A DNA stretch of 64,000 nt from an uncultured Nitrososphaerota archaeon (GTDB lineage: Archaea; Thermoproteota; Nitrososphaeria; Nitrososphaerales; CADDZS01), in contig CAWCYI010000004.1 of assembly GCA_963799845.1 (NCBI GenBank), positions 1,440,001 through 1,504,000 on the forward strand, given 5' to 3'. The notes below the pieces were generated by a model, which saw only the letters and a program-made list of their open reading frames with translations, searched no databases and was not told the DNA's origin. This document shows positions 49,676 through 60,336 of the stretch, in pieces; position 1 is the stretch's first letter; each line of letters starts with the position of its first letter. The translations under genes were made by a program, and so were the position numbers.

Positions 49676-50287
49676 CTAGCGATTGCGTCTCTTCGGCCAA
49701 CGCATTAGCGTGTCAACATCGAACCCAGAAGAACTATCTGAAACGGAATACTCGTACTCACTGTCAGAAAAACCTTGGCGACGCGCTAAAAAACTTCGCG
49801 CTTTCGAAGAGAAGAGCGTCAAATCTGTGCTGGAGCCTCCCAGATCTTCCTCCGTCCACACAGCCGCCTTAATGAAAGACTTCAACTCGTCTCTTGCAAT
49901 GGAGTTTTTTAGGTCCTTCTTATGCCTATCAATATCCGCGGCTAGTTGAGGAGAATCCAATCCTGCTTTTCTTTTTTCCTCGTAGAGCAAGACTAATTCA
50001 CGTGCTTCTGCGTACTTACCTTCATCCTCCAGAGATTTAACCTTCTTTGACAATGACAGTTTATCTTTCAAAACATTATATTCCCGATCCAATTGCGAAT
50101 AGTCTTTATCTATAGCCCCCCTGGGGATCGGAGAACCCTCTCTTGCATACCGATCGAATTTCTTATAATAGTAACCGACTGTGCTATCTGGAATACCCGT
50201 CTTGGCGGAGGCTTCCTCGATGGTATCGCCGCGCTTCCAGCATTCATAAAGAACGTCGTTCCGATTATGATTCGATGGAATTCCCAT
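49676..50287 (-). CDS. Hypothetical protein with N-terminal HTH
   Basis: GDTIEEASAKTGIPDSTVGYYYKKF. Confidence 0.65.
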   Translation of the reverse strand: MGIPSNHNRNDVLYECWKRGDTIEEASAKTGIPDSTVGYYYKKFDRYAREGSPIPRGAIDKDYSQLDREYNVLKDKLSLSKKVKSLEDEGKYAEARELVLLYEEKRKAGLDSPQLAADIDRHKKDLKNSIARDELKSFIKAAVWTEEDLGGSSTDLTLFSSKARSFLARRQGFSDSEYEYSVSDSSSGFDVDTLMRWPKRRNR

Positions 50288-50314
50288 AGGATTCCTATAG
50301 GAAATTCTATGAGA
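50282..50314. promoter_or_regulatory. Palindrome over the HTH gene start, candidate autoregulatory operator
   Basis: Perfect TTCCTATAGGAA at 50292-50303 with imperfect CATAG/CTATG arms. Confidence 0.45.
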
Positions 50315-50773
50315 TAAACTTTATTTCTTGCCGTTGGCTAAATAGCAAAAGCGTAACCACCCCAAGGTTTCCGACGACAAATCTCTTCGATGGGATCAGT
50401 AGAAACATACAAACGACTACTATCATAATCCGTCGTCAGTCCGAGGATAGCGGGATTCCTTTAGCATCACCAGAGGACTCTTACCACACCAGAAGTTTAA
50501 GAGTCATTGACTACTTCAAACTGCTCGTCAACGTATTCCCCACGAGCTAGAGGATTGACTATAGGTGGTTTGTAAAGAAAGCCAGTACGATTTCACTGTG
50601 TCACATTGGGTTTGAGTATACATACTGTGCGCAGGCGCCGGTATCTCTACATGCGTAACATTCTGCAAGTCTTTCTCGAGCTCATCCGAAGCTCCAGGAA
50701 TAACAACTTCGCGCAATTCGTTCTAAACATTAAAATCTTGAGAAAATAGCTAGCGCGAATCGTAATTTTCGAT

Positions 50774-52132
50774 TTGACCGCTGAAAAGACCGCAAAAGAG
50801 GAGAAGGAGTATGTAGCTTATGCTGAAGGCCTTGACACCAGAAGATCGTACGAGACTTACCGCCGAGCTGTCAAGGTCATGCCCGGAGGCGCTAGTTCTC
50901 ACGGTCAGTGTTACCCAGTTTTCGATCCGTACCCGTTAACATTCAAAAAAGGAAAGGGAACGAAGATATGGGATATTGACGGCAATGAATATCTTGATTT
51001 TATTCTCGCAATGGGCCCGCTGATCCATGGCCACGCCCACCCTGCTCTGATCAAGGCGGCATCGGAGCAATTGGAGAAGGGAACGATGTTTGCGGTTTTG
51101 CACGACCTCGAAGTAGATCTTGCGGAGAAGGTCTGCGAGATGACCTCCATGGACATGGTGAGATTTTCCAACAGCGGTGCCGAAGCGACGCAGGCAGCTA
51201 TCAGGCTGGCGAGGGGCTACACCGGGAAGAAAAAAATCATAAAGTTTGAAGGCGCATATCACGGCGGCCACGATTATGTTCTCGCCGGCACGGGAGGGAC
51301 TCCTCCGATGGGGCCCGACTCCGCCCTTTATACCATTCCTGCATCGTGGGGTATCCCTGAGGAAACGCTGGCGAACACGATTCTGGTTCGATGGAACGAT
51401 TTTAACGCTCTAAAGAAAGTAGTCAGTCGTCATGCGAATGAGATTGCCGCAATCATAACCGAGCCGATTTTGATGAACCTGGGAACGATCCTTCCGGAGG
51501 AGGGATTTCTGGAAACGATGAGGGAGCTGTGCACCGCAAATGACATGGTGTTCATACTCGACGAGGTCATCAGCGGCTTTCGGCTCGCGAGAGGAGGGGC
51601 GCAGGAATATTTCAAGATCAAGGCAGACATTGCGACCTACGCCAAAGCGCTTGGCGCAGGTTTTCCGATTTCTGCTCTCGCAGGTAAGAGGGAGATATTT
51701 GAGAATCTCGTACCGGGCAAGGTATTCCACGCGGGCACTTACAATGCCAATCCACTCGTCGTGGCTGCGTCTTACGCATCCCTGACCGAGCTTGACAAAC
51801 CCGGAACATATGCAAAGTTGCACAAGATTGGAAACATGCTGCAGGATGGACTCGAGGAAGCTATCGATGACACGAAGACCCAGGCGATAGTTCAAGGAGC
51901 GGGGCCCGGTGGCTGCCAGCTGCTCTTCACAAAACTGCCCAGGATTAGGGACTATCGCGACTTTCTCACTGCCGACTCGGAGAAGTACATGAGGATGCAC
52001 AAGAAGCTGCTGAAGAGAGGGATTTACTTCCATCCACAGCAGTACGAGCATCTATTCATCTCCACAGTGCATTCGGAAGAGGACGTTCACCACTGCATTT
52101 CAAACGTGAAAGAAGTCTTGCGGGAGCTTTAG
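50774..52132 (+). CDS. Class III PLP aminotransferase, glutamate-1-semialdehyde aminomutase-like
   Basis: NSGAEA, FEGAYHG, DEVISGFR, YAKALG, GTYNANP; has GGASSHGQ instead of HemL GGVNSPVR. Confidence 0.88.
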   Translation: MTAEKTAKEEKEYVAYAEGLDTRRSYETYRRAVKVMPGGASSHGQCYPVFDPYPLTFKKGKGTKIWDIDGNEYLDFILAMGPLIHGHAHPALIKAASEQLEKGTMFAVLHDLEVDLAEKVCEMTSMDMVRFSNSGAEATQAAIRLARGYTGKKKIIKFEGAYHGGHDYVLAGTGGTPPMGPDSALYTIPASWGIPEETLANTILVRWNDFNALKKVVSRHANEIAAIITEPILMNLGTILPEEGFLETMRELCTANDMVFILDEVISGFRLARGGAQEYFKIKADIATYAKALGAGFPISALAGKREIFENLVPGKVFHAGTYNANPLVVAASYASLTELDKPGTYAKLHKIGNMLQDGLEEAIDDTKTQAIVQGAGPGGCQLLFTKLPRIRDYRDFLTADSEKYMRMHKKLLKRGIYFHPQQYEHLFISTVHSEEDVHHCISNVKEVLREL

Positions 52133-52139
52133 AGAGTTC

Positions 52140-52502
52140 TTGATAAAGAACGCTAACGCGACGATATATGTCTCGGATGTTGATAGTGCTCTAAAATTCT
52201 ATACTGACGTGCTCGGGATGAAGGTGAAATCTCACTGGGGGAAGGATTTTGCCGAGCTTGAGACAAATGGATTGACGATAGGTCTACACCCTGCGACTCA
52301 GAGCGGGCCGAAACCGGGAACGAGCGGCAGCATTTCAATCGGACTTGAGGTCGATGACCTTGACTCAACTGTCGCGCAGTTCAAGGAAAAGGGAGTCACG
52401 TTCAATGGCAAAGTTATGGAGGACGGCCCGGTTCGATTGGCGTTCTTTGGAGATCCGGACGGAAACGCGTTCTATCTTGCCCAGGTCAAGAGCGGGATGT
52501 GA
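52140..52502 (+). CDS. VOC/glyoxalase family protein
   Basis: VSDVDSALKFYTDVLG, DPDGN. Confidence 0.88.
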   Translation: MIKNANATIYVSDVDSALKFYTDVLGMKVKSHWGKDFAELETNGLTIGLHPATQSGPKPGTSGSISIGLEVDDLDSTVAQFKEKGVTFNGKVMEDGPVRLAFFGDPDGNAFYLAQVKSGM

Positions 52503-52514
52503 GATAGAAATCGG

Positions 52515-53768
52515 CTACCTCTTAGATTTCAATGATTTTCTCCAGAAGCTAGGCACTTTATCATACTTAATACTCGTAGCTCCTAGGAATTCTGCGAGAT
52601 CAGAAACTGCTCTCGAAACCTCGTTACCTAATTTCGCAGAGTTCTCTGATTCGGCGTAGACTCTATTGATGATCAGCTGCTTCGAATCTTTCTTGAAAAC
52701 TGGATCGATTCGCGCGATAAAAGTGTCTCCGTGAAGGACCGGCAAGATGTAGTAACCATATTTTCTTTGAGACTCCGGCACGTAAATTTCGATAGAATAG
52801 TCGAACCCAAACAGATCCAGAGTCCTCGTTCTATCGCAGATCAAATTGTCAAACGGAGAGAGCAGAACGGTCTTGGGATTCCACCCGCCATTGCGGATTG
52901 TTTCGAGCGTGTTCAAATCATCGCAATGAATGAACCAGGGTTGCTTTGCCGATCCGTTAAATTGAACTCGGAATATTTTTGATTCCGATTCGAGTTTGTC
53001 AAGCGTCCTGTCAAGATTCGGATATGAATCGCGGAGAAAATGTTTCTTGATTTGATTTCGAGTTGCGACTCCCAGCGCCTTCAGAGCTCTCTGGACTGCG
53101 AAGTATTCTACTTCATCTTGGGCCCGATTACTTTGATTTAGGAAAGAATTGGGGAGACACCGCTCCGCGAGGTCCCAGATCTTCACGTTACCCCTCCGCT
53201 CGGAGACCATCACCTTTCCCTGAAAAAACAAAAACTGCAACATCCTCGATACATTTCGGTTGTTAGACCAGCCGCTAGATGACCAGTGCCTCTCGGACTT
53301 GTCTTCAAACTCTCTCGTAGAGAGAGCTCCCTTTTTTCTGAGTTCCGAGATCACATACTTTTCTAATTTTGAATTGTCTGTTATCCACTTCGAGACTCTC
53401 TTTCCCCAGAGCGTGTTTGTATCCGGGAAGCTTTTCATTCCAGAAACGAACAAGGAATAATCTTCCATCAAAAGAATGGACAGCTGATGCGCCCAGTATT
53501 CGAATACCGTTCTGTCTTTGTACAACTCTCCGATCAGAGATCTGTCGTAATTTCCCATGCGGCTCCACAAGACCAGAAATTGGCTGGGGGTAACGGCAGA
53601 GATTGGGTCGATCTGGACGCAGCCGAGCTCTCTGATGAGTTGGATGATTCCATTCCTTCCCGATTCCAGTTTTGCTCCGCCGGCGAGTCTTTGCTTTGTG
53701 ATGAATAACTGCCGAGCTTCTGTAGGTGTAATCTTTAGATCGGATGGTTTTTCCAAAATCATCACCAC
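52515..53768 (-). CDS. YcaQ/AlkZ-family (HTH_42) crosslink DNA glycosylase
   Basis: QID catalytic motif (VQIDPIS), LWSR, EYWAH, LLSPFDNL, EIYVP..RKYGYY. Confidence 0.9.
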   Translation of the reverse strand: MVMILEKPSDLKITPTEARQLFITKQRLAGGAKLESGRNGIIQLIRELGCVQIDPISAVTPSQFLVLWSRMGNYDRSLIGELYKDRTVFEYWAHQLSILLMEDYSLFVSGMKSFPDTNTLWGKRVSKWITDNSKLEKYVISELRKKGALSTREFEDKSERHWSSSGWSNNRNVSRMLQFLFFQGKVMVSERRGNVKIWDLAERCLPNSFLNQSNRAQDEVEYFAVQRALKALGVATRNQIKKHFLRDSYPNLDRTLDKLESESKIFRVQFNGSAKQPWFIHCDDLNTLETIRNGGWNPKTVLLSPFDNLICDRTRTLDLFGFDYSIEIYVPESQRKYGYYILPVLHGDTFIARIDPVFKKDSKQLIINRVYAESENSAKLGNEVSRAVSDLAEFLGATSIKYDKVPSFWRKSLKSKR

Positions 53769-53822
53769 AACACCATCCTTTGCTCGTTACCACTTAATAT
53801 TGAAACACATTTCCGGTCTCTC

Positions 53823-53900
53823 ATGTATGTTAGCTATTTTGAGATAAGGGTGACTGATCTCGCTCGCTCCGTAAGATTCTATACCGAAATTTTCAGTTCG
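53823..53900 (+). pseudogene. 5' fragment of a glyoxalase gene
   Basis: MYVSYFEIRVTDLARSVRFYTEIF, then similarity is lost. Confidence 0.5.
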
Positions 53901-54185
53901 AATTTCGTCACGGCATTACGAAGCTTTCTAACAAGACTCTGGAAACCGAAACGGAAAGCCTTCAAAATTCTTGTCATCTTGGAAGGAGCCCTCTGTTCGT
54001 ATCTCGGCTCAGCATTTAGAGATAATGTTCGATTCTACAGCGAGTTGCTCTGGAGAGATAAGGTGAGATAACTCTGCGGAGAGCCAAGTTATTTGAAAAA
54101 TTATATGGGATGATTCTCCGATTCCACAGCGTGAATTTTGGCGAACATTTTATCTTACACTGGAAGTTCAATTATTCTGACGTAA

Positions 54186-54410
54186 ATGCCAAAAGAAGGA
54201 GATTCTTGTCCAGCCTGCAAAGAAGGAATTTTGGGGTATGTCGGTATTGATCAGAATCATAGAGAGCTGAAGTGTAATAACTCAAAGTGTTCGAACAGTC
54301 AGCACGGTATTCACTCGGGCGAGTCTGTAAAGCGGAGTGGTTCCGTAACAGAAGAACATCGAGATGATAATTTCCAGACAATGGCCAGATCGCGATACGG
54401 GCAAAGATAA
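54186..54410 (+). CDS. Small zinc-ribbon protein
   Basis: CPAC...CNNSKC. Confidence 0.5.
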   Translation: MPKEGDSCPACKEGILGYVGIDQNHRELKCNNSKCSNSQHGIHSGESVKRSGSVTEEHRDDNFQTMARSRYGQR

Positions 54411-54414
54411 ACTA

Positions 54415-55538
54415 ACCTGGCCGACATAAGTTCATAGACACCTGTTGGTCAGAAGGAATTTCTTCATGTCAAGATGCGAGCAAAACCTTCGCGTTCGATA
54501 GTATTCTGCCAGGATTGATTTCAGTTCTTTCAATGACGTCGGAAAGGTTGGAAGCCTTGAGAGATCCTTCTCACCCTCGCGCCAACACTCCTCCATCATG
54601 TTGAACTCTGGCGAAGCTGTCGGGATCCATCTGACTCTGAGAGTCTTCCTGTTCTTACCCAAATAATCAGTTACGATCCTGGTTTTGTGGTGTTGCCTTG
54701 CTTTGTCAAGGAAGAGATAGAGTGATCCAAACTTCCTGTGCACCTTCTTCAGGTAGTCGAGGAATGTCTCGCCATTGAATTTCTCGTACTGCCTGAAGAT
54801 TTGTGTCCCGTCCAGGCTGATCGCTCCAAACACCACGGTGTTGCCGTGCGAGCCTGACACAATCCGAATCGGTCGAATCCCTTTGACCGCCCACACCCTT
54901 TTGGTTTCTATGTTCTGGACGAAGATTGATTCGTCTTCGGATGCTACGGTGAAGCCTTCCGGGATATTCCTGAGGAGTCTTGCGGTCCTTTTTTAAATTC
55001 GAGCCTCTCTTCGAGGGAAGCCTTGTGAAGTAACCTCTTGTCAGGGACAATTGCTCTCACTCCCCACTTCTGCATCAACCTGTAGATGTGTCTCTCAGTG
55101 TATGCCACGTCTGCTTCCTTGCGGATCATCTCCCTGACCTCCTTCACGGTCCAGCCGCATTCGTTCTTCACGACCTTCCTCTTCACCGCAATGAACTTGT
55201 TGTGATCGAGCTTCGGAGGTCTCCCGCTCCTTTCCATCGTCTTGAGTCCTTCTAGCCCATCTTTCTCGAAACGTCTAAGCCACGGTGTCGTCCATGATTT
55301 GTGCCGGTGAACTTCCCTTGCTACGTGCGACGCCGGGACACCCTCGTACTTGACCTTCAGAACGAGGAATATCCTCTTGCTTACGTTTGCGTCCCTCTCC
55401 TCTCTATAAGCCTCTTCAACAATCTCCTTCGGTGCCTGTAATCGAGACATACAACCTGAGATAGGAAGGGAAGTTGGCCAAAAATGAGAATGTCTAGGTC
55501 TGTGGCCCTTTCAGTCTAATAATTTATGTCGGCCAGGT
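54415..55538 (-). mobile_element. IS630-family insertion sequence, apparently complete
   Basis: TIRs ACCTGGCCGACATAA (54415) and TTATGTCGGCCAGGT (to 55538); TA duplicated at 54413-54414 and 55539-55540; empty site ACTAGT. Confidence 0.92.
54432..55450 (-). CDS. IS630 transposase (HTH ORF-A plus DDE ORF-B joined by a -1 shift at TTTAAAAAAG near 54990)
   Basis: ORF-A SGRPPKL; -1 frame KRTARLL..SEDES..VW..G..LDKARQH..SPEFNMMEECW. Confidence 0.88.
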
Positions 55539-55551
55539 TAGTTGACGATCT

Positions 55552-55588
55552 AGTATATGGACATATACTTAGTATACGTGGATATACT
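55552..55588. promoter_or_regulatory. Tandem palindromes AGTATA-N6-TATACT x2
   Basis: Exact sites at 55552-55569 and 55571-55588. Confidence 0.55.
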
Positions 55589-55804
55589 ACTAGCAGCCTC
55601 CCGCTACAGTTTCTAAAGTTTAAGGATTTCTACCATGCATTTCAGCGAAATTGATCCGTACTGGACGTTTGAAAATTGAGTTCAAGCAGCTTGGACATTT
55701 CTCGCAGGTCCTCCTCTTTCTATTCTTCCCCGTGTACCTGCAGACCTGTTCAATTCCTAAAGCGATTGTTTTCTTTCATTGATTTATTATGCAATTTTCT
55801 CCTT

Positions 55805-55862
55805 TTTCTACACGGGGGCGCAATTCTGCGTACCGAAGAGCTTGAAACGAGCTCTGTTGGCC
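55805..55862. repeat. Short relative of the AGCT-hairpin element
   Basis: CCGAAGAGCTTGAAACGAGCTCTGTT preceded by TTTCTACAC..TTCTGCG. Confidence 0.65.
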
Positions 55863-56020
55863 ATTTCTAATACCATTGCTTGGTTATCGAGCCACTTCTG
55901 ACTTTTACAATAATGTAACAGGTACGAGTGTCGATACAGGTCTCGTGAATGAGTTTTGCACCCGCGTACCCTTTGTATGTGTTGAAACACTTTTATCTTA
56001 CTTTCTCGGCGCGCCTCTTC

Positions 56021-56896
56021 GTGATACCAAGAAATTTCGAGTACGTTTCTCCCGAGACGCTGGAGCAGGCGTTGAACTACCTGAACGAGTACGGATCAAA
56101 TTCAAAAATCCTGGCCGGAGGGCAGAGTCTGGTTCCGCTTATGAAATTGAGACTCGCGTCCCCGAAATACGTGATCGACATCAACCACATTTCAGATCTC
56201 GATTACATCAGGGAAGACGGCGGGTGGATTCGCATCGGTGCTCTAACTAAACATCACTCGATCGAGACTTCGGAGCTGCTCAGGCGAAAGGCACAGATAA
56301 TGTCGGAAGCCGCCTCCCTCATCGGCGATCCGCAGGTACGAAACAGCGGCACAATCGGTGGATCTCTGGTTCACGCCGATCCTGCGGCGGATTGGGGCGC
56401 GGTCATTATTGCTCTCGGGGCGAGTTTGAGGATGGTAAGTTCATCCGGCGAAAGGATTGTCAACTCTGATGATTTCTTTGTCGATTCACTCACCTCCGCA
56501 GCCAAGAGTAACGAGATTCTAGCAGAAATCAGAGTTCCGATTTCAAGTATGAGCGGCGGGTCCTACGCGAAGCTGGAACGCAAATCGGGAGATTTTGCTA
56601 CCGTTGGAGTCGCGGCGCAGCTCTCCGTGAATTCCTCTGGAGTTTGCGACAAAGTGGGAATCGGGCTGGCATCTGTTGCGGCAACCAGCATCAGGGCGAA
56701 AAAGGCTGAAGCTGTTTTGAAGGGCAATGAACCGACCAAAGCGAGGATTGAGGAAGCGTCAAGGGCGGCGTCCGAGGATTCAAAGCCGACCGACGATCCG
56801 CTGAGAGGCTCGGCGGAGTACAAGCGGGCGATGGTTCGAGTGTTTACGGAGCGTGCTCTAACGCATGCGCTCGGCAGGGCAAAGAAAATGGAGTGA
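56021..56896 (+). CDS. Xanthine oxidase-family FAD subunit (CoxM/CutB-like)
   Basis: Likely GTG start at 56021 (MIPRNFEY); LAGGQSL, QVRNSGTIGGSL..ADPAAD. Confidence 0.92.
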   Translation: MIPRNFEYVSPETLEQALNYLNEYGSNSKILAGGQSLVPLMKLRLASPKYVIDINHISDLDYIREDGGWIRIGALTKHHSIETSELLRRKAQIMSEAASLIGDPQVRNSGTIGGSLVHADPAADWGAVIIALGASLRMVSSSGERIVNSDDFFVDSLTSAAKSNEILAEIRVPISSMSGGSYAKLERKSGDFATVGVAAQLSVNSSGVCDKVGIGLASVAATSIRAKKAEAVLKGNEPTKARIEEASRAASEDSKPTDDPLRGSAEYKRAMVRVFTERALTHALGRAKKME

Positions 56897-57403
56897 ATGA
56901 AGATGGAAAAACCCGCCAGGTTGAAGCACGTCCGCGTCAGGGTGAACGGCACGGAGTACGAGGATGTCATTGAGTCGAGGATGCTCCTCGCGCATTTCAT
57001 CAGAGAGCGCCTCGGAATGACCGGCACCCACGTCGGGTGCGATACGTCGAACTGCGGTGCATGTACTATAATCTTCAACGGAAGATCGATAAAGTCCTGC
57101 ACGATGTTTGGGGTGCAGGCTGATGGGTCGGAAATCTTGACGATCGAAGGCCTCGCAAAAGACGGCAAACTCCACCGAATCCAAGAAGAGTTCTGGAACA
57201 ACCACGGGCTCCAGTGCGGCTTTTGCACGCCGGGGTTCATCATGCAGGCGTACTGGTTCTTGAAACAAAACCCCAATCCGACCGATGAGCAGGTGAGGCA
57301 GGGGATTTCCGGGAACCTCTGCAGATGCACCGGTTACCAGAATATAGTGAAAGCGATTCTGGAAGCGGCAAAGACGCGGGTCGAGGTACCCGCGAGGATG
57401 TGA
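56897..57403 (+). CDS. 2Fe-2S subunit (CoxS/CutC-like)
   Basis: [27 protein letters not shown]. Confidence 0.94.
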   Translation: MKMEKPARLKHVRVRVNGTEYEDVIESRMLLAHFIRERLGMTGTHVGCDTSNCGACTIIFNGRSIKSCTMFGVQADGSEILTIEGLAKDGKLHRIQEEFWNNHGLQCGFCTPGFIMQAYWFLKQNPNPTDEQVRQGISGNLCRCTGYQNIVKAILEAAKTRVEVPARM

Positions 57404-57413
57404 GGGTGAGAGC

Positions 57414-59771
57414 ATGTCGCAAGTATTCGGGTCAAGCGTGAAGAGGCGGGAAGATCCGCGGCTGATCACCGGGTACGGCCACTTCACTGAAGACATGGTC
57501 GTGCCGAAGATGGCGAGTGCGGTGTTTTTGCGGAGTCCATACGCACACGCGAAGATCAAGACGCTGAACACCGAGAAGGCGAAAGCCCAGCCTGGAGTGA
57601 TCGCCGTGTTCACCGGCAAGGACACTGAATCAAAACTCGCAGCGATCCCAACTGCCTGGGTCGTGACCGGGGCCGAGGTCAAGACAACAAAGTACCTTCC
57701 AATAGCAGTTGACAAAGTACGCTACGTGGGAGATCCCGTGGCGGTCGTTGTAGCGCAGAGTCTCGGTGAAGCTCTGGACGCCCTAGATCACATCGAGGTA
57801 GATTACGAACCACTACCCTCTGTCTTGGATCAGGAGAAGGCGATGGCGCAAGGCGCGCCTTTGCTCTATGATGACGTCCCTAACAATATCGCGTTTCACT
57901 GGAAAGCGGGCGGCGGAGATATCCAGAAGGCGTTCCGGGAAGCGGAGGTCACGATAAAGCAGCGAATAGTGAATCAGCGCCTCCTGCCTACGGCCATGGA
58001 AACAAGGGGCGCAACCGCGGAGTACGATATCGGATCGGGGCAGTTGACGATATGGATGACCTCCCAGAATCCCCACGTCCACCGCTTTCTGATTTCGGCC
58101 CTCACCGGCGTGCCGGAGCATAAACTGCGGATAATAGCGACCGACGTTGGCGGCGGCTTTGGCAGCAAGATTTCCTGCTATGGACCGGAGCTCGTCGTAG
58201 CCTGGCTCGCGATGAAGCTGCAGACGCCGATCAGGTGGACTGAGGACCGTAGCGAAAACTATCTTGCCACGACCCACGGGAGGGATCACGTCGACTACAT
58301 CGAGCTCGCGGCAAAGAGAGACGGTACTATACTCGGGCTGAAGGTGACGGCGTACGCCAACATGGGCGCCTGGCTTTCGACCGCGGCTCCGGGAGTACCG
58401 ACGATACTCTTCGGATTGATGCTCAGCGGCCCCTACAAGATCCCGAGCATCGCGTGCGAAGTCTTCGGCGTTCTGACAAACACCACGGCTGTTGACGCGT
58501 ACAGGGGAGCGGGGAGGCCAGAGGCGACCTATATCATCGAAAGATCGATCGACATGCTCGCCCGGGAAATCAGGATGGATCCTGCCGAAGTGAGGATGAA
58601 GAATTTCATTCCGGAAAATGCTTTCCCTGCGACCGTTGCGACTGGGCTTTCGTACGATAGCGGGAACTACTTTCCGGCGATGGCGAAAGCGCTCGAGCTC
58701 GTCAACTACGAAGACCTTCGCAGAGAACAGGCGAAACTCAGGGCCGAAGGAAAACTGCTCGGCATCGGCATTTCTTCGTACGTTGAAATCTGCGGGCTGG
58801 GCCCCTCAAGCGTTGTGCGCGCGACCGGTTTCGGCCTGGGACTGTGGGAAAGTACAACGGTGCGCGTCCATCCGCTCGGCAAGGTTACCGTTTTCACCGG
58901 AGCCAGCCCGCACGGCCAGGGGGAGGAGACGACATTTGCGCAGATCGTGGCGCAGGAGCTGGGCGTAAAGTTTGACGACGTCGAAGTGATCCACGGTGAT
59001 ACCGATCGCATACCTTTCGGGATGGGAACCTACGGGTCGAGGACGACTCCCGTTGCCGGAGCCGCCATCGCGGTCTCGTGTAGAAAGATCGTGGACAAGG
59101 CAAAGAAGATTGCAGCCCACCTGATTGAGGCGAGGGAGGAGGACATTGTCCTGGAGGGTGGCAGGTTCCACGTCAGGGGATCGAATGAGCCGTCGAAGAC
59201 GATGGCGGAGGTTGCCTACGCAGCCTACGGGGCGGGCACAAACGAGCTGCCAACGGGAATGGAACCGGGCCTGGAGAATACTACATTTTACGATCCGCCA
59301 AATTTCGTGTTTCCATTCGGGACCCACATCTGTGTGGTCGAGGTGTCGAGGGATACGGGCGAAGTGAAGATCAGGAAGTATGTCGCGGTCGATGATTGCG
59401 GAAAACAGATCAACCCGATGATCGTAGAGGGGCAGATACACGGAGGCATCACCCAAGGGATTTCGCAGGCGCTCTGGGAGGAGGCGGTCTATGATGCGGA
59501 CGGAAACCTGCTGACTGCCACTCTTGCAGACTATGCGGTGCCCACGGCGGTCGAAACACCCCACTACGACCTCTCGCAAACTGTCACGCCTTCACCGCAC
59601 AACCCGATTGGAGTCAAGGGAGTGGGAGAAGCCGGTACGATTGCCTCGGCGCCTGCTGTCGTGAATGCTGTCGTGGACGCGCTAAGCCACCTTGGTGTCG
59701 CTCATATCGACATGCCTCTTAGATCGGACAAGATCTGGGCAATCCTGAAGAGCAAGGGTATTGCCAAGTAG
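57414..59771 (+). CDS. Molybdopterin large subunit (form II CoxL / aldehyde oxidoreductase-like)
   Basis: QNPH, VGGGFGSK, AYRGAGRPE, HGQG, KGVGE. Confidence 0.92.
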   Translation: MSQVFGSSVKRREDPRLITGYGHFTEDMVVPKMASAVFLRSPYAHAKIKTLNTEKAKAQPGVIAVFTGKDTESKLAAIPTAWVVTGAEVKTTKYLPIAVDKVRYVGDPVAVVVAQSLGEALDALDHIEVDYEPLPSVLDQEKAMAQGAPLLYDDVPNNIAFHWKAGGGDIQKAFREAEVTIKQRIVNQRLLPTAMETRGATAEYDIGSGQLTIWMTSQNPHVHRFLISALTGVPEHKLRIIATDVGGGFGSKISCYGPELVVAWLAMKLQTPIRWTEDRSENYLATTHGRDHVDYIELAAKRDGTILGLKVTAYANMGAWLSTAAPGVPTILFGLMLSGPYKIPSIACEVFGVLTNTTAVDAYRGAGRPEATYIIERSIDMLAREIRMDPAEVRMKNFIPENAFPATVATGLSYDSGNYFPAMAKALELVNYEDLRREQAKLRAEGKLLGIGISSYVEICGLGPSSVVRATGFGLGLWESTTVRVHPLGKVTVFTGASPHGQGEETTFAQIVAQELGVKFDDVEVIHGDTDRIPFGMGTYGSRTTPVAGAAIAVSCRKIVDKAKKIAAHLIEAREEDIVLEGGRFHVRGSNEPSKTMAEVAYAAYGAGTNELPTGMEPGLENTTFYDPPNFVFPFGTHICVVEVSRDTGEVKIRKYVAVDDCGKQINPMIVEGQIHGGITQGISQALWEEAVYDADGNLLTATLADYAVPTAVETPHYDLSQTVTPSPHNPIGVKGVGEAGTIASAPAVVNAVVDALSHLGVAHIDMPLRSDKIWAILKSKGIAK

Positions 59772-60192
59772 ACTCACAAATAGTGCTAGAAATCCCCGAT
59801 CAAAAGTGGATCAAACTGTGAAGCAGGTTCTCTTCAGCTCTCAGATACCCTCCTCCCTTTTTTACAGTCAGGGAATCAAGGTGGGGAACACAATCTATCT
59901 TTCCGGTATCGTCGCATTTGACCCTGTGACGAAAAAAGTAGAGGCGACGACAATCGAGGAACAAATTGAAAGGGCAATCCAAAACTGCGAGTTAATTCTG
60001 AAGACTGGCGGAGCGAGCTTGGAGGACGTGGTGCAGGTCATTGTGCTGCTCAAGAACCCACAAGATTTCGACGGCATGAACAGGGCATACTCTAAAATTT
60101 TCTCAAAGGATCAACCGACGCGTGCTGTTACAAAGCTTGGAGTGGATCTTCCAAACATTCTTGTTTCAGTGATGATGACAGCTGTCGTTTAA
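59761..60192 (+). CDS. RidA/YjgF family protein
   Basis: YSQGIK, YLSG, MNRAY, PTRA. Confidence 0.88.
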   Translation: MPSRLTNSARNPRSKVDQTVKQVLFSSQIPSSLFYSQGIKVGNTIYLSGIVAFDPVTKKVEATTIEEQIERAIQNCELILKTGGASLEDVVQVIVLLKNPQDFDGMNRAYSKIFSKDQPTRAVTKLGVDLPNILVSVMMTAVV

Positions 60193-60336
60193 TCTTTATC
60201 GTTTACGTGGAAAGTGAGATCTGCAAAATATATTCGGATCATTCAAGCTCGAGAATCGGTAAACATCAGATAATGATTCGAATCTGCTATTTGCCTGTCC
60301 TCTAAATCCTAATATAATATCAGATTATCGAAGTGA

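Noticed and set aside
50774-52132. Assigning the symbol hemL
   Set aside because: The substrate motif differs and no tetrapyrrole genes are adjacent.
56563-59579. Long antisense ORFs over the cox genes (also over copA, hemL-like and LigD-PE)
   Set aside because: Shadow frames of well-conserved sense genes.
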